Source: an uncultured Clostridia bacterium (lineage in GTDB: Bacteria; Bacillota; Clostridia; TANB77; CAG-508). From it: a stretch of 64,000 bases of DNA. Shown one piece after another: positions 52,236 through 62,143 of the stretch (its first letter is position 1; the number at the start of each line of letters is the position of its first letter). Below the pieces are notes generated by a model. The model saw only the letters and a list, made by a program, of their open reading frames with translations, was not told the origin of the DNA and searched no databases. The stretch covers positions 8,141 through 72,140 of the forward strand of contig CALXCD010000001.1 in assembly GCA_944386715.1 (NCBI GenBank). The letters run 5' to 3'. The position numbers and the translations under genes were made by a program.

Positions 52236-54314
52236 TTAATAAGTATAAAATTCGTTACTTACTTTTCTTGCTATACTTCCATCATCATAAGTTACTTCTA
52301 CCCACAAATAATATGACGTTCCATAAGATGTTTTATATGCAGTTGTAGAATTTGATGAGAATGTTGTCCAAGACGTTGGTTCTGATGTACTTGAAGTACT
52401 CCATCCATATCTTCTTTTTGTTATATTTGAACCATTTGGGCTTATTGATATTGTACTACTAAATGATGCTGAACCAGCTGAATATGTAGACCTCTTTACC
52501 GCTGTCTTACCACATTCAACCGATTTCATATATGTCTCACCACAAGGCTCTTTTCCATAATCATCTACTACCTCACTCAAATGATGTTGATCACAATTAT
52601 GTGCAGTTTCCATATATCTACCACAAACATTACATCCATACATATTTTGTCTAACCGCCCATCTCGTACATCCAGGATATGAGCACCTTATCTGTCCTGG
52701 TTCAATTACACTCTCAGTCAATTGACCTTTTATTCCTGGGCAAATATAAGGTTCTCTTACTAGGGTTGTACAAGTATAAGAATAACTTTTATATCCACTA
52801 TGACCATCAGGGCAATGATAATGTGGCGTTGAATCAGATTGTCTACATTCACTACAGTAATATGATCCTGCACTCTGATAAAATCCTCCGCCATTTGAAC
52901 TAAATGATATTGTAGGTGATGCTGACTCTATTATAATGGTATTACTTCCTGACACATCACTATAATTTTCATTTGTAGAGTGAATATACCAATATACTGT
53001 TGTTGTTCCTGCTGAACTTCTAGAAGGCTTTGAAGTAGTTCCACTTGTTGCATAATTACTTGATGTTAGTCTTGTGGATGTACTGTAATAAATGTTACAT
53101 CCATTTCTTGGTTCATTTACTACTAAAGTAATCGTATGACTATTTCCATCATAATCTCCACTATAATCCCCTGATGTTTTTTGAATTGCCTTTTTATTTA
53201 TTGTAAATTCTGTTGTTGCATTTGTTAATACATAATTAGATGTCTTTCCTCTTCCTCCTGTTACACTTGCTATACTCGCTGTTGATGTATGAGTTCCTGC
53301 ACTAACTTCTGTTGTTCTTGTTATATTTAATGTTTCTCCACTTATTCCACTATCTGCACTAGCTGTTGGTGCCTGTGGTGAACCATTATAGGTAAAACTG
53401 GTTGTATTTCCCCATGTTACTGCTACAGATTTTGGATTGATTTTCCAAGAAATTGTTTTAGGCATTTTTGTTCCATCACTCCAAGTACTATTAGAAGATG
53501 GTGTTGCCGTTACTGTATATGTTCCAACATCTATTGCTGTTCTTGTACCACTCCATGTTACATTATTTCCACTAACCCCTGTTTGCTCTTTTCCATTATA
53601 TACTTTATCACTACTTGTCGTTATTGTAGCGGTTGAACTTCCTTCTAATGTGACTTTTTTAGTTGATTTCTTTTCTTCTCCTTCTAATGTTCCAGTTGCT
53701 GTTACTGTATAAACTCCCTCTCCTTTTACAGTAAAGCTTGCTTCTCCTTCACCTGTTACATTTTCATTTTTCTCAATATTATTCCCTGCTGCATCTTTTA
53801 ATGTAATCTCTAAATTTTCAAATTTATCTTTATTTGGAATACTAACTGTAATGATAACTTTTTCATAATATTTACTAGGATCTATTGGTTCTCCATTTAA
53901 TTGATACACTTTTACTTTAATAAGTGGCTTCATATTCGTACTATCATAAATATCTCCTGTCTCCTTATCAATAATAACATCCACATCATCTATTGTTACA
54001 GTAATGGTATCTTCATCTTCTGCAATTTCTGGATCATATCGATCCAAATGGTCTCTTACATTATCTTTAAACTGTTCCGAATCAAATTCTCCTCTCTTAT
54101 CATAAGTATGCACTGCTTCTGCTCTTACTAATTCTTCTATTTGTGTCCTTTTGGTTGCATCTTCTGCTTTATTAGCATTTTTAAGTACACTATTATCTCC
54201 TGTTAATGTCGCAATTGTTATTCCTGCTAAAATTAACAAAATAATGATAATAACGACTAATGCTATTAAAGTAACTCCATTTTCTTTCATCTCTTTTTCT
54301 TTAAAACTCCTCAT
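52236..54314 (-). CDS. 692-aa surface protein paralogous to the giant adhesin: prepilin-like N-terminus, Ig-like region, one MBG-like unit, Cys/His-rich module
   Basis: N-terminus MRSFKEKEMKENG|VTLIALVVIIIILLILAGI resembles a class-III (type IV pilin) signal peptide. Shares about 90% nucleotide identity with 31860-32350 over about 490 nt. Shared YYCSxC...HYHCPxxHSGY module. Confidence 0.75.
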   Translation of the reverse strand: MRSFKEKEMKENGVTLIALVVIIIILLILAGITIATLTGDNSVLKNANKAEDATKRTQIEELVRAEAVHTYDKRGEFDSEQFKDNVRDHLDRYDPEIAEDEDTITVTIDDVDVIIDKETGDIYDSTNMKPLIKVKVYQLNGEPIDPSKYYEKVIITVSIPNKDKFENLEITLKDAAGNNIEKNENVTGEGEASFTVKGEGVYTVTATGTLEGEEKKSTKKVTLEGSSTATITTSSDKVYNGKEQTGVSGNNVTWSGTRTAIDVGTYTVTATPSSNSTWSDGTKMPKTISWKINPKSVAVTWGNTTSFTYNGSPQAPTASADSGISGETLNITRTTEVSAGTHTSTASIASVTGGRGKTSNYVLTNATTEFTINKKAIQKTSGDYSGDYDGNSHTITLVVNEPRNGCNIYYSTSTRLTSSNYATSGTTSKPSRSSAGTTTVYWYIHSTNENYSDVSGSNTIIIESASPTISFSSNGGGFYQSAGSYYCSECRQSDSTPHYHCPDGHSGYKSYSYTCTTLVREPYICPGIKGQLTESVIEPGQIRCSYPGCTRWAVRQNMYGCNVCGRYMETAHNCDQHHLSEVVDDYGKEPCGETYMKSVECGKTAVKRSTYSAGSASFSSTISISPNGSNITKRRYGWSTSSTSEPTSWTTFSSNSTTAYKTSYGTSYYLWVEVTYDDGSIARKVSNEFYTY

Positions 54315-54685
54315 TTTACTTATCTCCTTATTATGAATTCTTATAACATAAATGTAAACTTTAATATTAATTTAACATAAGTAAAATACAAATTACAATA
54401 CTTAAAATGAACAGTTTTTATCTGATATTCTCAACTACATACGGATTTTGACTTTTGTCACTTTATTTAATTTATTTTACAATTTTGTAATATTTTTGCA
54501 ATTAATAACAAAAAATATAGATTTTCTCTTTCGGATATTAGAATAAAAGCGGACATTAATAACTTTGTCGCTATTTATAACATTGTAAAGTCCTCGTCTT
54601 TGTTCGTCTGCGAAAAATTGCAAAGCAATTTTTCTGTGCATCTATCTTTTTTTACATTATAGAAAATGCAATTTCCTATAATGCA

Positions 54686-54720
54686 AAAAAAGATTGTTAG
54701 CTTATCTCCTAACAACCTTT
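54686..54720 (-). terminator. Terminator of the 3D-domain gene (GGTTGTTAG / CTAACAATC then TTTTTTTGC)
   Basis: Seen on the minus strand right after the stop at 54737. Confidence 0.55.
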
Positions 54721-54736
54721 TTTCTATTTTATTACT

Positions 54737-55672
54737 CTATTTTACTACACTTACTGGTAAGTATCTTACTCCCCATGCTAAAGCTTCTGCATGAGAGCTA
54801 ACATATAAGTCAATTTTATTTCCACTAATTGCTCCACCTCTATCTTCTACTGTATAAACCTTACCATTTAAACTTAATTTTGTACCAAAAGCAAATCTAG
54901 CTGGTGCTGCAATTGTTCTACCTGCTGTAGCTCTTGTTCCTGATGCTGTAATTCCTGTCGTTTTACCACAACATTTTGCACAAGAACAATAAGCTGTTAC
55001 TTTATAAATTTCACCACTTGCACCTGTAGAAGTTGTTCTTGGTAAAGAAGAACCTCTTGAAGTAGTAGTGACTGTTTTTTGTACTTGTACGATTTTATCT
55101 TGTGGCTCTGTAATTACTTTCTCAGAAATCACTGTTTTTTCAATCTCTACATCATTTTGATATTTTATTTTATAAGTAATTTCTTTTAATCCGTCTTTTC
55201 CTTGTTGTAATACTTTATTTTTTGTATTTTGTGTTGTACCTGTTGTATTTTTTGTGATAGTTTCAAATGGGATTGGTACTTGTTCTACCACTATTTTTTC
55301 TGTAATAGGTGCATAATTTTCTAATAATTGTTCCAAAGATGTTTCTACACCTTCTTCAGAAATATTTGCTATTTGAACTTCATTATATGACTTATCTGTA
55401 ATTTTGATACTTTCCCCTGCATTCACTTGTGCTTCTAAATCTGGTATCGTTTTTTGATTTTCTTCCAATACGATATTATTTTCTTCTAATATTTCAGAAA
55501 CTGTTTCTTTTCCGGTTAATGCCGTCATTTCATATCCATTTTGAAGTATTATTTTAACATCTTTTAAGTTTGTATTTACTGCCATTACTCCTATTCCTGA
55601 TATTAGAATTAAAATAATGCTTATGCATATAATTCGCATAATCGATATAGAAGCTTTTTCTTCTTTTTTCAT
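54737..55672 (-). CDS. Cell-wall-binding 3D-domain protein (DUF348-G5-3D architecture, YabE/Rpf-like)
   Basis: N-terminal TM. G5-like middle. C-terminal 3D domain YKVTAYCSCAKCCGKTTGITASGTRA...IDLYV. Consensus TTGACA-17-TATAAT promoter at 55705-55743. Confidence 0.75.
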   Translation of the reverse strand: MKKEEKASISIMRIICISIILILISGIGVMAVNTNLKDVKIILQNGYEMTALTGKETVSEILEENNIVLEENQKTIPDLEAQVNAGESIKITDKSYNEVQIANISEEGVETSLEQLLENYAPITEKIVVEQVPIPFETITKNTTGTTQNTKNKVLQQGKDGLKEITYKIKYQNDVEIEKTVISEKVITEPQDKIVQVQKTVTTTSRGSSLPRTTSTGASGEIYKVTAYCSCAKCCGKTTGITASGTRATAGRTIAAPARFAFGTKLSLNGKVYTVEDRGGAISGNKIDLYVSSHAEALAWGVRYLPVSVVK

Positions 55673-55885
55673 AAAAATAATTACCTCCTTTTGGCAACAT
55701 CTATATTATACTATTTTTTTTCTATTTTGTCAAATTTAGTCAAAAGTTTGATTTCTCCTTGTCCTTCTTACGGATACAAGGATTTCATTTTTTCATTTGT
55801 TTTAACTAATGATAGTATATGCGACTTCTTTACCCATTATGACTATTTTTTATAAACTTTTTATACTTTTTTATAGCATCGTAAA

Positions 55886-56010
55886 GATAATGATTTATTC
55901 ATTTTGAAGTGATTTGTGGGGACCATTCTAAAAATTCTAGCAAAAGTTTGAAAAACTTTTGCTAGAATTTTTAGAATGGGGAAAACGAAAAAATGAATAA
56001 ATCATTATCT
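55886..56010. promoter_or_regulatory. About 125-nt imperfect palindrome (perfect 23-bp outer arms, perfect 24-bp inner arms around GAAAAA) in the 3D-domain/lemA divergent region
   Basis: Outer arms AAAGATAATGATTTATTCATTTT / AAAATGAATAAATCATTATCTTT. Inner arms CCATTCTAAAAATTCTAGCAAAAG / CTTTTGCTAGAATTTTTAGAATGG. Confidence 0.5.
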
Positions 56011-56155
56011 TTTACTAACAACATTAAAATAACATTATAAAAAATATAAAACAATTACACAAACTTCACAGATTTTTCACAAATTTATTGTATAAAATAA
56101 ATTAATATGTTATGATGAAATTGTATATAATAAAGTAAAGGAGGATTAATAATAC

Positions 56156-56719
56156 ATGATTGTTGGAATTATCATAGCCATTATAGTCATTTTAGTTATC
56201 GCAGTAATAGGAATGTATAACAGTCTTGTACAGGCAAGAATAAAAGTAGACAATGCTTGGAGTCAAATTGATGTCCAATTACAAAGAAGATTTGACTTGA
56301 TTCCTAACTTTGTAGAAACCGTAAAAGGATATATGCAACATGAATCTGCAACTTTTGAAAAAATTGCAGAATTAAGAACATCTTGGGCAAATACAGAAAG
56401 TGTTGCAGAAAAAGCTCAATTAGACAATGAATTATCTACAGCATTAAAAACCATTATGGCTGTTTCTGAAAATTATCCTGATTTAAAAGCAAATCAAAAC
56501 TTTTCAGAATTATCTGAAGAACTAAGAAATACAGAAAACAAAATCTCTTTTTCTAGACAATTCTATAATGATACTGTTACCATGTATAACACAAAATTAG
56601 AAGTCTTCCCTTCTAACATAATTGCCGGAATATTCCACTTTACAGCTCGTGACTTATTTAAAACAGAAAGCGAAGAAGCTAGAAAAAATGTAAAAGTAGA
56701 TTTTGGAACAAATGCTTAA
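56156..56719 (+). CDS. lemA: LemA family membrane protein
   Basis: N-terminal TM plus the conserved LemA region NAWSQIDVQLQRRFDLIPNFVETVKGY. RBS AAAGGAGG. Confidence 0.85.
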   Translation: MIVGIIIAIIVILVIAVIGMYNSLVQARIKVDNAWSQIDVQLQRRFDLIPNFVETVKGYMQHESATFEKIAELRTSWANTESVAEKAQLDNELSTALKTIMAVSENYPDLKANQNFSELSEELRNTENKISFSRQFYNDTVTMYNTKLEVFPSNIIAGIFHFTARDLFKTESEEARKNVKVDFGTNA

Positions 56720-56817
56720 CTAAAATCACTAAAACAAATTTATCATAAAAAGCAAAAATGGCGGAGGTTGGAATTTTCATTTTCTGGCCTCTTTTATTAA
56801 ATAAAGGAGTACCTATT

Positions 56818-57720
56818 ATGTTTGAAAATATCAAAAAAAATAAAATAGAATCTGGAATTATTATTAGCATTTTTATCATTGTTATTACATTAATTGTTTA
56901 CTACATTTGTCATGCCTTAAGACTAGGAACTTTTTCCATTGTAATTGCACTTGTATTTTCTATTGGTTCTGCATGGGCATCTTATTACTACAGTGATAAA
57001 ATTGTTTTATCTTTAAATAAAGCAAGACCTGCAACAAAAGAAGAAGATTTAAAGTTAGTCAATATTTTAGATTCCTTAATGGTAACCGCAGACTTACCAA
57101 ATAAACCAAGACTATATGTCGTAGAAGATAAACAACCAAATGCCTTTGCAACAGGAAGAAATCCAGAAAACGCTGTCATTTGTGTTACAACTGGTTTATT
57201 AGATAAATTAGAATACTATGAATTAGAAGGCGTTCTTGCTCATGAAATAAGTCATATAAAAAACTATGATATCCGTTTAAGCTGCGTCGTATCTGTTATG
57301 GTAGGATTTATTGTCATGTTATCTGATATTTTTTCTAGAGCCTTATTCTGGGGAGGATTAGATGATAGAGATAGTGATAATAAAGGAAATACAATTTTAA
57401 TGTTAATCGGATTAATCTTTCTAATTCTTTCTCCTATATTTGGAAGTCTAATGCAACTAGCATTATCTAGAAAGAGAGAATTTTTAGCAGATGCCACAGC
57501 AGTACAATTAACACGTAATCCAGATGGTTTAATTTCTGCTTTGCAAAAATTAGATGCCGACCCTAATCAATTAGAAACTGCCAATAGTGCTACTGCTAAT
57601 ATGTATATTGTTAATCCATTTAAGAAAAATACAAAAGAAGGAAAAAAGAAAACAAGTAGTATTTGGTCTACTCACCCTAGTATTGAAGATAGAATTGAAG
57701 CATTAAGAAATATAAAATAA
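56818..57720 (+). CDS. M48-family zinc metalloprotease (HtpX-like), partner of LemA
   Basis: HEISHIKNYD HExxH motif. 4 TM segments. Start at 56818 preceded by AAAGGAG. Confidence 0.8.
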   Translation: MFENIKKNKIESGIIISIFIIVITLIVYYICHALRLGTFSIVIALVFSIGSAWASYYYSDKIVLSLNKARPATKEEDLKLVNILDSLMVTADLPNKPRLYVVEDKQPNAFATGRNPENAVICVTTGLLDKLEYYELEGVLAHEISHIKNYDIRLSCVVSVMVGFIVMLSDIFSRALFWGGLDDRDSDNKGNTILMLIGLIFLILSPIFGSLMQLALSRKREFLADATAVQLTRNPDGLISALQKLDADPNQLETANSATANMYIVNPFKKNTKEGKKKTSSIWSTHPSIEDRIEALRNIK

Positions 57721-57740
57721 TAAAACATCATTAATCAAAA

Positions 57741-57788
57741 AAGATATTTCAAATAAAATTAATCTTTTATTTGAAATATCTTTTTTGC
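57741..57788 (+). terminator. Bidirectional terminator: perfect 18-bp inverted repeat AAGATATTTCAAATAAAA / TTTTATTTGAAATATCTT then TTTTTTGC
   Basis: Lies between the convergent htpX-like and tatD genes. The right arm overlaps the last tatD codons. Confidence 0.65.
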
Positions 57789-58541
57789 ATTTGCAAACGT
57801 AAAATTGGCAACCTCTTCTAAAGTAATATTTTTGACATCTGCTATTTTTTGAGCAACTAATTTCACATTTCGTGAATCATTTCTTTTACCTCTAAAAGGT
57901 TCTGGAGATAAGTATGGGCTATCTGTTTCAATTAAAATTTTATCTAATGGAACCATCTGAATAATCTCATTTGCATTTTTAGAATTTTTGAAAGTAACAG
58001 GACCTGCAAAAGAAATATAAAATCCTAGCTGTAAAGCTTCTTTAACTAATTCTCTATTAAGAGGACAACAATGAAAAACACCTCTTTTTTCTACTTTATT
58101 TTCTTTTAAGATAGTAACAGTATCCATTACTGCTTCTCTAGTATGAATTACAATAGGTTTTCCCAATTCATTTGCCATTTTTATTTGTGTAACAAAAGCC
58201 AACTTTTGTAAATCAATATTTTCTTTATTCCAATGATAATCTAAACCAATCTCTCCTATGGCAAGAACTTTATCATTATTTTTAACTAAATCTTCTATTT
58301 GTTCTAAAACTTTCCACAATTCTTCTTCTGTTTGTGGAATATCATTAGGTGAAATACCGCAAGTTGCATAAATAAAATCATATTTTTTTGAAAGTTCAAT
58401 TGCTTTTTTAGAACCTTCCAAACTATAACCAGCAGAAATTACTTTTGTAATCCCTGCCTCTTTTATATCTGAAATAATTTGCTCCCTATCTTCTTCAAAA
58501 GCATCATCATCTAAATGTGCATGACTATCTAAAAATTCCAT
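57759..58541 (-). CDS. tatD: TatD-family metal-dependent DNase/hydrolase
   Basis: MEFLDSHAHLDDDAF... with conserved His/Glu/Asp metal ligands of the TatD/YabD family. Confidence 0.85.
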   Translation of the reverse strand: MEFLDSHAHLDDDAFEEDREQIISDIKEAGITKVISAGYSLEGSKKAIELSKKYDFIYATCGISPNDIPQTEEELWKVLEQIEDLVKNNDKVLAIGEIGLDYHWNKENIDLQKLAFVTQIKMANELGKPIVIHTREAVMDTVTILKENKVEKRGVFHCCPLNRELVKEALQLGFYISFAGPVTFKNSKNANEIIQMVPLDKILIETDSPYLSPEPFRGKRNDSRNVKLVAQKIADVKNITLEEVANFTFANAKKIFQIKD

Positions 58542-58553
58542 ATCTTTTCCTTC

Positions 58554-58931
58554 CTATAAATCCATCACTGCGACGACATTAGCTACTGCATAACTCTTAC
58601 AATGAGAAATACTTATATCTATATTTTGAATATTAGGAATATGTAATCCCTGTAAATGAACTTTAGGTCTACCCTGTTCATTATTAATGACCTCTATATT
58701 TCTCCATTCTATTGCATATTTATCTTTTAATTCTCCAGAAAGAGCTTTAAACACCGCTTCTTTTGCCGCAAACCTAGCTGCATAGTGCTGATATTTTTGC
58801 ATTTTTTTACTTTCACAATACGCAATTTCTTGAGGTGTATACACTCTTTCCAAAAATCTTTCTCCCATTTCTTCTATACTTTTTTGTATTCTATCAATTT
58901 CTATTATATCTGTTCCACAAGTTATTTGCAT
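58554..58931 (-). CDS. acpS: Holo-[acyl-carrier-protein] synthase
   Basis: 125-aa product GTDIIEIDRI...RFAAKEAVFKAL typical of AcpS. Confidence 0.85.
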   Translation of the reverse strand: MQITCGTDIIEIDRIQKSIEEMGERFLERVYTPQEIAYCESKKMQKYQHYAARFAAKEAVFKALSGELKDKYAIEWRNIEVINNEQGRPKVHLQGLHIPNIQNIDISISHCKSYAVANVVAVMDL

Positions 58932-58974
58932 TTTGTTCTCCTTTCTTTAGCCTTTACATCCCATTTTCTATAAA

Positions 58975-59065
58975 ATACTTATATATTAATATTGAAAAAA
59001 TTTTGAATATGAATAAAGAAAAGTTAGAATTTATAAAATATTAATATATAAGTATTTATAATCAT
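58975..59065. repeat. AT-rich inverted-repeat element: ATACTTATATATTAATATT ... AATATTAATATATAAGTAT around AAATTTTGAATATGA
   Basis: 19-bp perfect arms read directly. The same TATATTAATATT + AAATTTTGAATATGA unit recurs at 60403-60440 in the same orientation. Confidence 0.6.
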
Positions 59066-59084
59066 CAATTTAATATTAAGTATT

Positions 59085-60326
59085 TTATTGTTTTGACAAC
59101 AAGATAAAATTCATAATATTAAAAATAAGAGAACCTACCAAAACAAGAGCTATCACAAAAGTTGCCCTCTTATTTTTCTCAATATTTAATTCTTTATAAT
59201 AAATATCATATTCTCCTTTTACCTTATAATATAATTCATTCAATTCTAAAATTTCCTTCAACTTATGATATAACACACTCCCAGTCTCATCCTCTGTAAT
59301 TTCTGAAATCCATATTTTTTTTGAAAAAGAAACAAATTTTTTCCTTGCTTTTTTAAGCTTAGGAGCCTCTTTAAATTCTAAGCTAAGTTTCTTCAAGTAA
59401 ATTTTTTGATACAAAGCAACAAGATATGTATATAAATATGCATTTTCATACTCTTCTGGTAATATCGTATAATTATTCATATCATGAGAAGAAGTCATCA
59501 AAGTAATTCCCTGTTTTGTCATTCCCATCTTTGCATATTTCCATTTAGAAAATGAAACAATATCTTCCTGTTTTAAATTAGCAACCGTATCATTTGGCAA
59601 AATATTCGCATATTTGATAAAATTATGTTCTATTGTTTCAAATTGTTCATTATGATTCCAAGCTTCTTGGTCAATACAAACATAAGAATAAGTCAAAAAT
59701 CTTTCTGTATCAATATCTAATTTCATTGCCTCAATAGGAGAACCAGTTATCTTATTAATAAATTCTATAAAACTATCTGCACTTGCAAAACTATCTGTTT
59801 GAATTCGAATATTATCATAATTATTTAAAGAATTATTTCCTTGATAAATATCTCTAAATTTATAATTAAAATTAAGTAAATCTGCAAAATTCTGTGTATC
59901 TTCCATATTTGTTTTCACACATAAAAAACAAATTCCTGTTGAAAAACAAATAACCTCTATTTTTTGAATATGAAAGAAAATTCCATTTTCGCGACTTGTT
60001 TTCCCTTGGATATCATTTTCCAATCGATATTCAAAAATAGTACAAGGATATTTAGCAAGAACGCCTGCTCTCGTTTCTAATGGCAACTCTTCAAATTTAG
60101 CATATTTTGCATTTGTACAACTAAAACTAGAAAACAAAAATTCTCTCATCTTAGGACTAAAATATTGATATAGTTTTAAATCTTTTTCTTTCTCAAACCT
60201 CTTCAAAAAACAGTTCTTATCTTTCAGCATTTTTAACATATATCTTTGATATTTAGTTTCCTTCACAACAAAAGGATGTATGAAATATGTATATTGATAA
60301 TTTATCTTTAGTTCCATTTTTATCAC
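59085..60326 (-). CDS. Hypothetical 413-aa protein with C-terminal transmembrane anchor
   Basis: Intact ORF. Hydrophilic body. C-terminal ATFVIALVLVGSLIFNIMNFILL. No recognisable motif. Bracketed by the AT-rich inverted-repeat elements. Confidence 0.55.
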   Translation of the reverse strand: MIKMELKINYQYTYFIHPFVVKETKYQRYMLKMLKDKNCFLKRFEKEKDLKLYQYFSPKMREFLFSSFSCTNAKYAKFEELPLETRAGVLAKYPCTIFEYRLENDIQGKTSRENGIFFHIQKIEVICFSTGICFLCVKTNMEDTQNFADLLNFNYKFRDIYQGNNSLNNYDNIRIQTDSFASADSFIEFINKITGSPIEAMKLDIDTERFLTYSYVCIDQEAWNHNEQFETIEHNFIKYANILPNDTVANLKQEDIVSFSKWKYAKMGMTKQGITLMTSSHDMNNYTILPEEYENAYLYTYLVALYQKIYLKKLSLEFKEAPKLKKARKKFVSFSKKIWISEITEDETGSVLYHKLKEILELNELYYKVKGEYDIYYKELNIEKNKRATFVIALVLVGSLIFNIMNFILLSKQ

Positions 60327-60397
60327 CTTTATTCCTTCATTCCATTTTATATTTAAACTTTTATTAGTTACAATTCACAACTAAAATTTATTAGAAT

Positions 60398-60605
60398 GTT
60401 GATATATTAATATTAAATAAATTTTGAATATGATTGTAGATGTTTTAGAATTTGTTATATGATTTATTGAGGAATGTTCACGGTACTCGAGGTACGAGAG
60501 GGTTTGAGTGAAAGAGACTCAATAAATCATTTTACAAATTCTTAAATATCGTATTGAATCGAAAAATTTATGAAATATTAATATATCAATATTTTTATTA
60601 ATCTA
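60398..60605. repeat. AT-rich inverted-repeat element (GTTGATATATTAATATTAAATAAATTTTGAATATGA ... AAATTTATGAAATATTAATATATCAAT) enclosing a GC-richer inner hairpin (GATTTATTGAG ... CTCAATAAATC)
   Basis: Read directly. The inner core GAATGTTCACGGTACTCGAGGTACGAGAGGGTTTGAGTGAAAGAGAC is unusually GC-rich for the window. Confidence 0.55.
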
Positions 60606-62127
60606 ATTGGTTATAATAATTCATATTAATATCCTGACCCAAATGCCATCTACCAATAAAATCTACTAATAAATAATTATCTAAGTTATAAGTCGGCTCT
60701 ATCACAACACTTCCTTTACTATCCACACTTCCCCATTTTCCATCTTTTTTGATACCAGCGAAACCATAACTATTTTGACTTGTTACATCATCATATAAAT
60801 AATCCACAATCACTTTTCCGTTTTTATCAACAAATCCATATTTTCCATCCTTTTTACTAACAAATAATGTATTGTTACTTAAAATATCAGTTTGAGATTT
60901 TTCTTCAAATCTAAAATTATAATATTTATAATCTTCACCTTGTTTTAATTCCATATAACCTTTATCTGTATCAATTTGAATCAATATTCCTGTTTGCTTT
61001 ACCGCAAAATTATTATCTAAAATATTAGCTTGGAAAGAAGTATCTTCCGCCACATAAAAATCTGCTGCTTCTTGATAAGTAATAGATTGATATTGAAATG
61101 GCAATTTTTCTTGTCCTGCCATATCTATGATACCAAATTTTCCATCTTTAGAAGCAATAAAAATTCCTGATTTTGCCTCTTTCAAAGATTCATAAGTACT
61201 ATCTATTACTACCTTTCCTGTTAAATCCATGACTCCAAATTTATCTGCCTTTTGATAAATAACACCAGCTCCACTTGTTTTTAAAATAGCTGTTATTTTA
61301 TCAAATCCATCTTTTAACACTTCTGTTCCGTCTTTTTGTATTAATTTTTGTTTTCCTGCTTCTACTACAACATACAAGTCATTTCCATAAACTGCTTCAA
61401 TACCTTCATATTGATTTGGCAATACCTGATTTTTAGAATAATCAATAATACCATATTTTCCTTGCTCATCTTTTACAATATAACCTGATTTATTATCTTT
61501 GCCAAGTGGTTTAATTTCTGTATAAGCAATATCTGTCATTGCTTTTCCCTCTTTATCTACCACACCATATTTTCCATCTTTTTGAATCAGAATCGCATTT
61601 TTAATTCCTGCTACTGCTTCAATAGTTTCATATTCAGGCTGTAGTATTTCTTTTCCTTCAAAATTTATCATACCATATTTGCCATTTTTTTGTACTTTTA
61701 AAACATCTTCTTCATACCATAAATTTTGATTTACATCTTGGTTAGGAATTGCTTCTACTTTGTCATATTGTGTAAATATCATCTCATTTTTGCTATTTAA
61801 AACCTTGGTTTTATATTCTCCAGTTTCATAGTTTACATCATAAGTACATAAGAAAATATCATTTTTGTTATTAGGAACTATTATCATCTCTTGATAAGAA
61901 GGATCTATTACTGTATTTCCATTAGAATCCATAACACCCCATTTATTATCATGGAAAGCTGCAAAATAACTTAAACTACTAATACTTCCGGTACTACTAT
62001 CTTGTTCTTTTTGTAAGATTCCTTTCATCATAAATACAAACATGATAATAACTAATATAGCAACAATAACTGCTACCACTTTTTTCATATTTAATTTTGG
62101 TTCTTCATATCTTTTCCCTTTACTCAT
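60598..62127 (-). CDS. Membrane-anchored WG-repeat (KWG/WG_beta_rep) protein
   Basis: N-terminal TM then many DGKYGVxD / KDGKWG repeats. Confidence 0.75.
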   Translation of the reverse strand: MSKGKRYEEPKLNMKKVVAVIVAILVIIMFVFMMKGILQKEQDSSTGSISSLSYFAAFHDNKWGVMDSNGNTVIDPSYQEMIIVPNNKNDIFLCTYDVNYETGEYKTKVLNSKNEMIFTQYDKVEAIPNQDVNQNLWYEEDVLKVQKNGKYGMINFEGKEILQPEYETIEAVAGIKNAILIQKDGKYGVVDKEGKAMTDIAYTEIKPLGKDNKSGYIVKDEQGKYGIIDYSKNQVLPNQYEGIEAVYGNDLYVVVEAGKQKLIQKDGTEVLKDGFDKITAILKTSGAGVIYQKADKFGVMDLTGKVVIDSTYESLKEAKSGIFIASKDGKFGIIDMAGQEKLPFQYQSITYQEAADFYVAEDTSFQANILDNNFAVKQTGILIQIDTDKGYMELKQGEDYKYYNFRFEEKSQTDILSNNTLFVSKKDGKYGFVDKNGKVIVDYLYDDVTSQNSYGFAGIKKDGKWGSVDSKGSVVIEPTYNLDNYLLVDFIGRWHLGQDINMNYYNQLD

Positions 62128-62143
62128 GCTTTTTTAGTTCCTC

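Noticed and set aside
56679-57497. Short minus-strand ORFs (56679-56879, 56988-57179, 57264-57497) within lemA/htpX-like
   Set aside because: They are antisense to confidently assigned genes and have no RBS.
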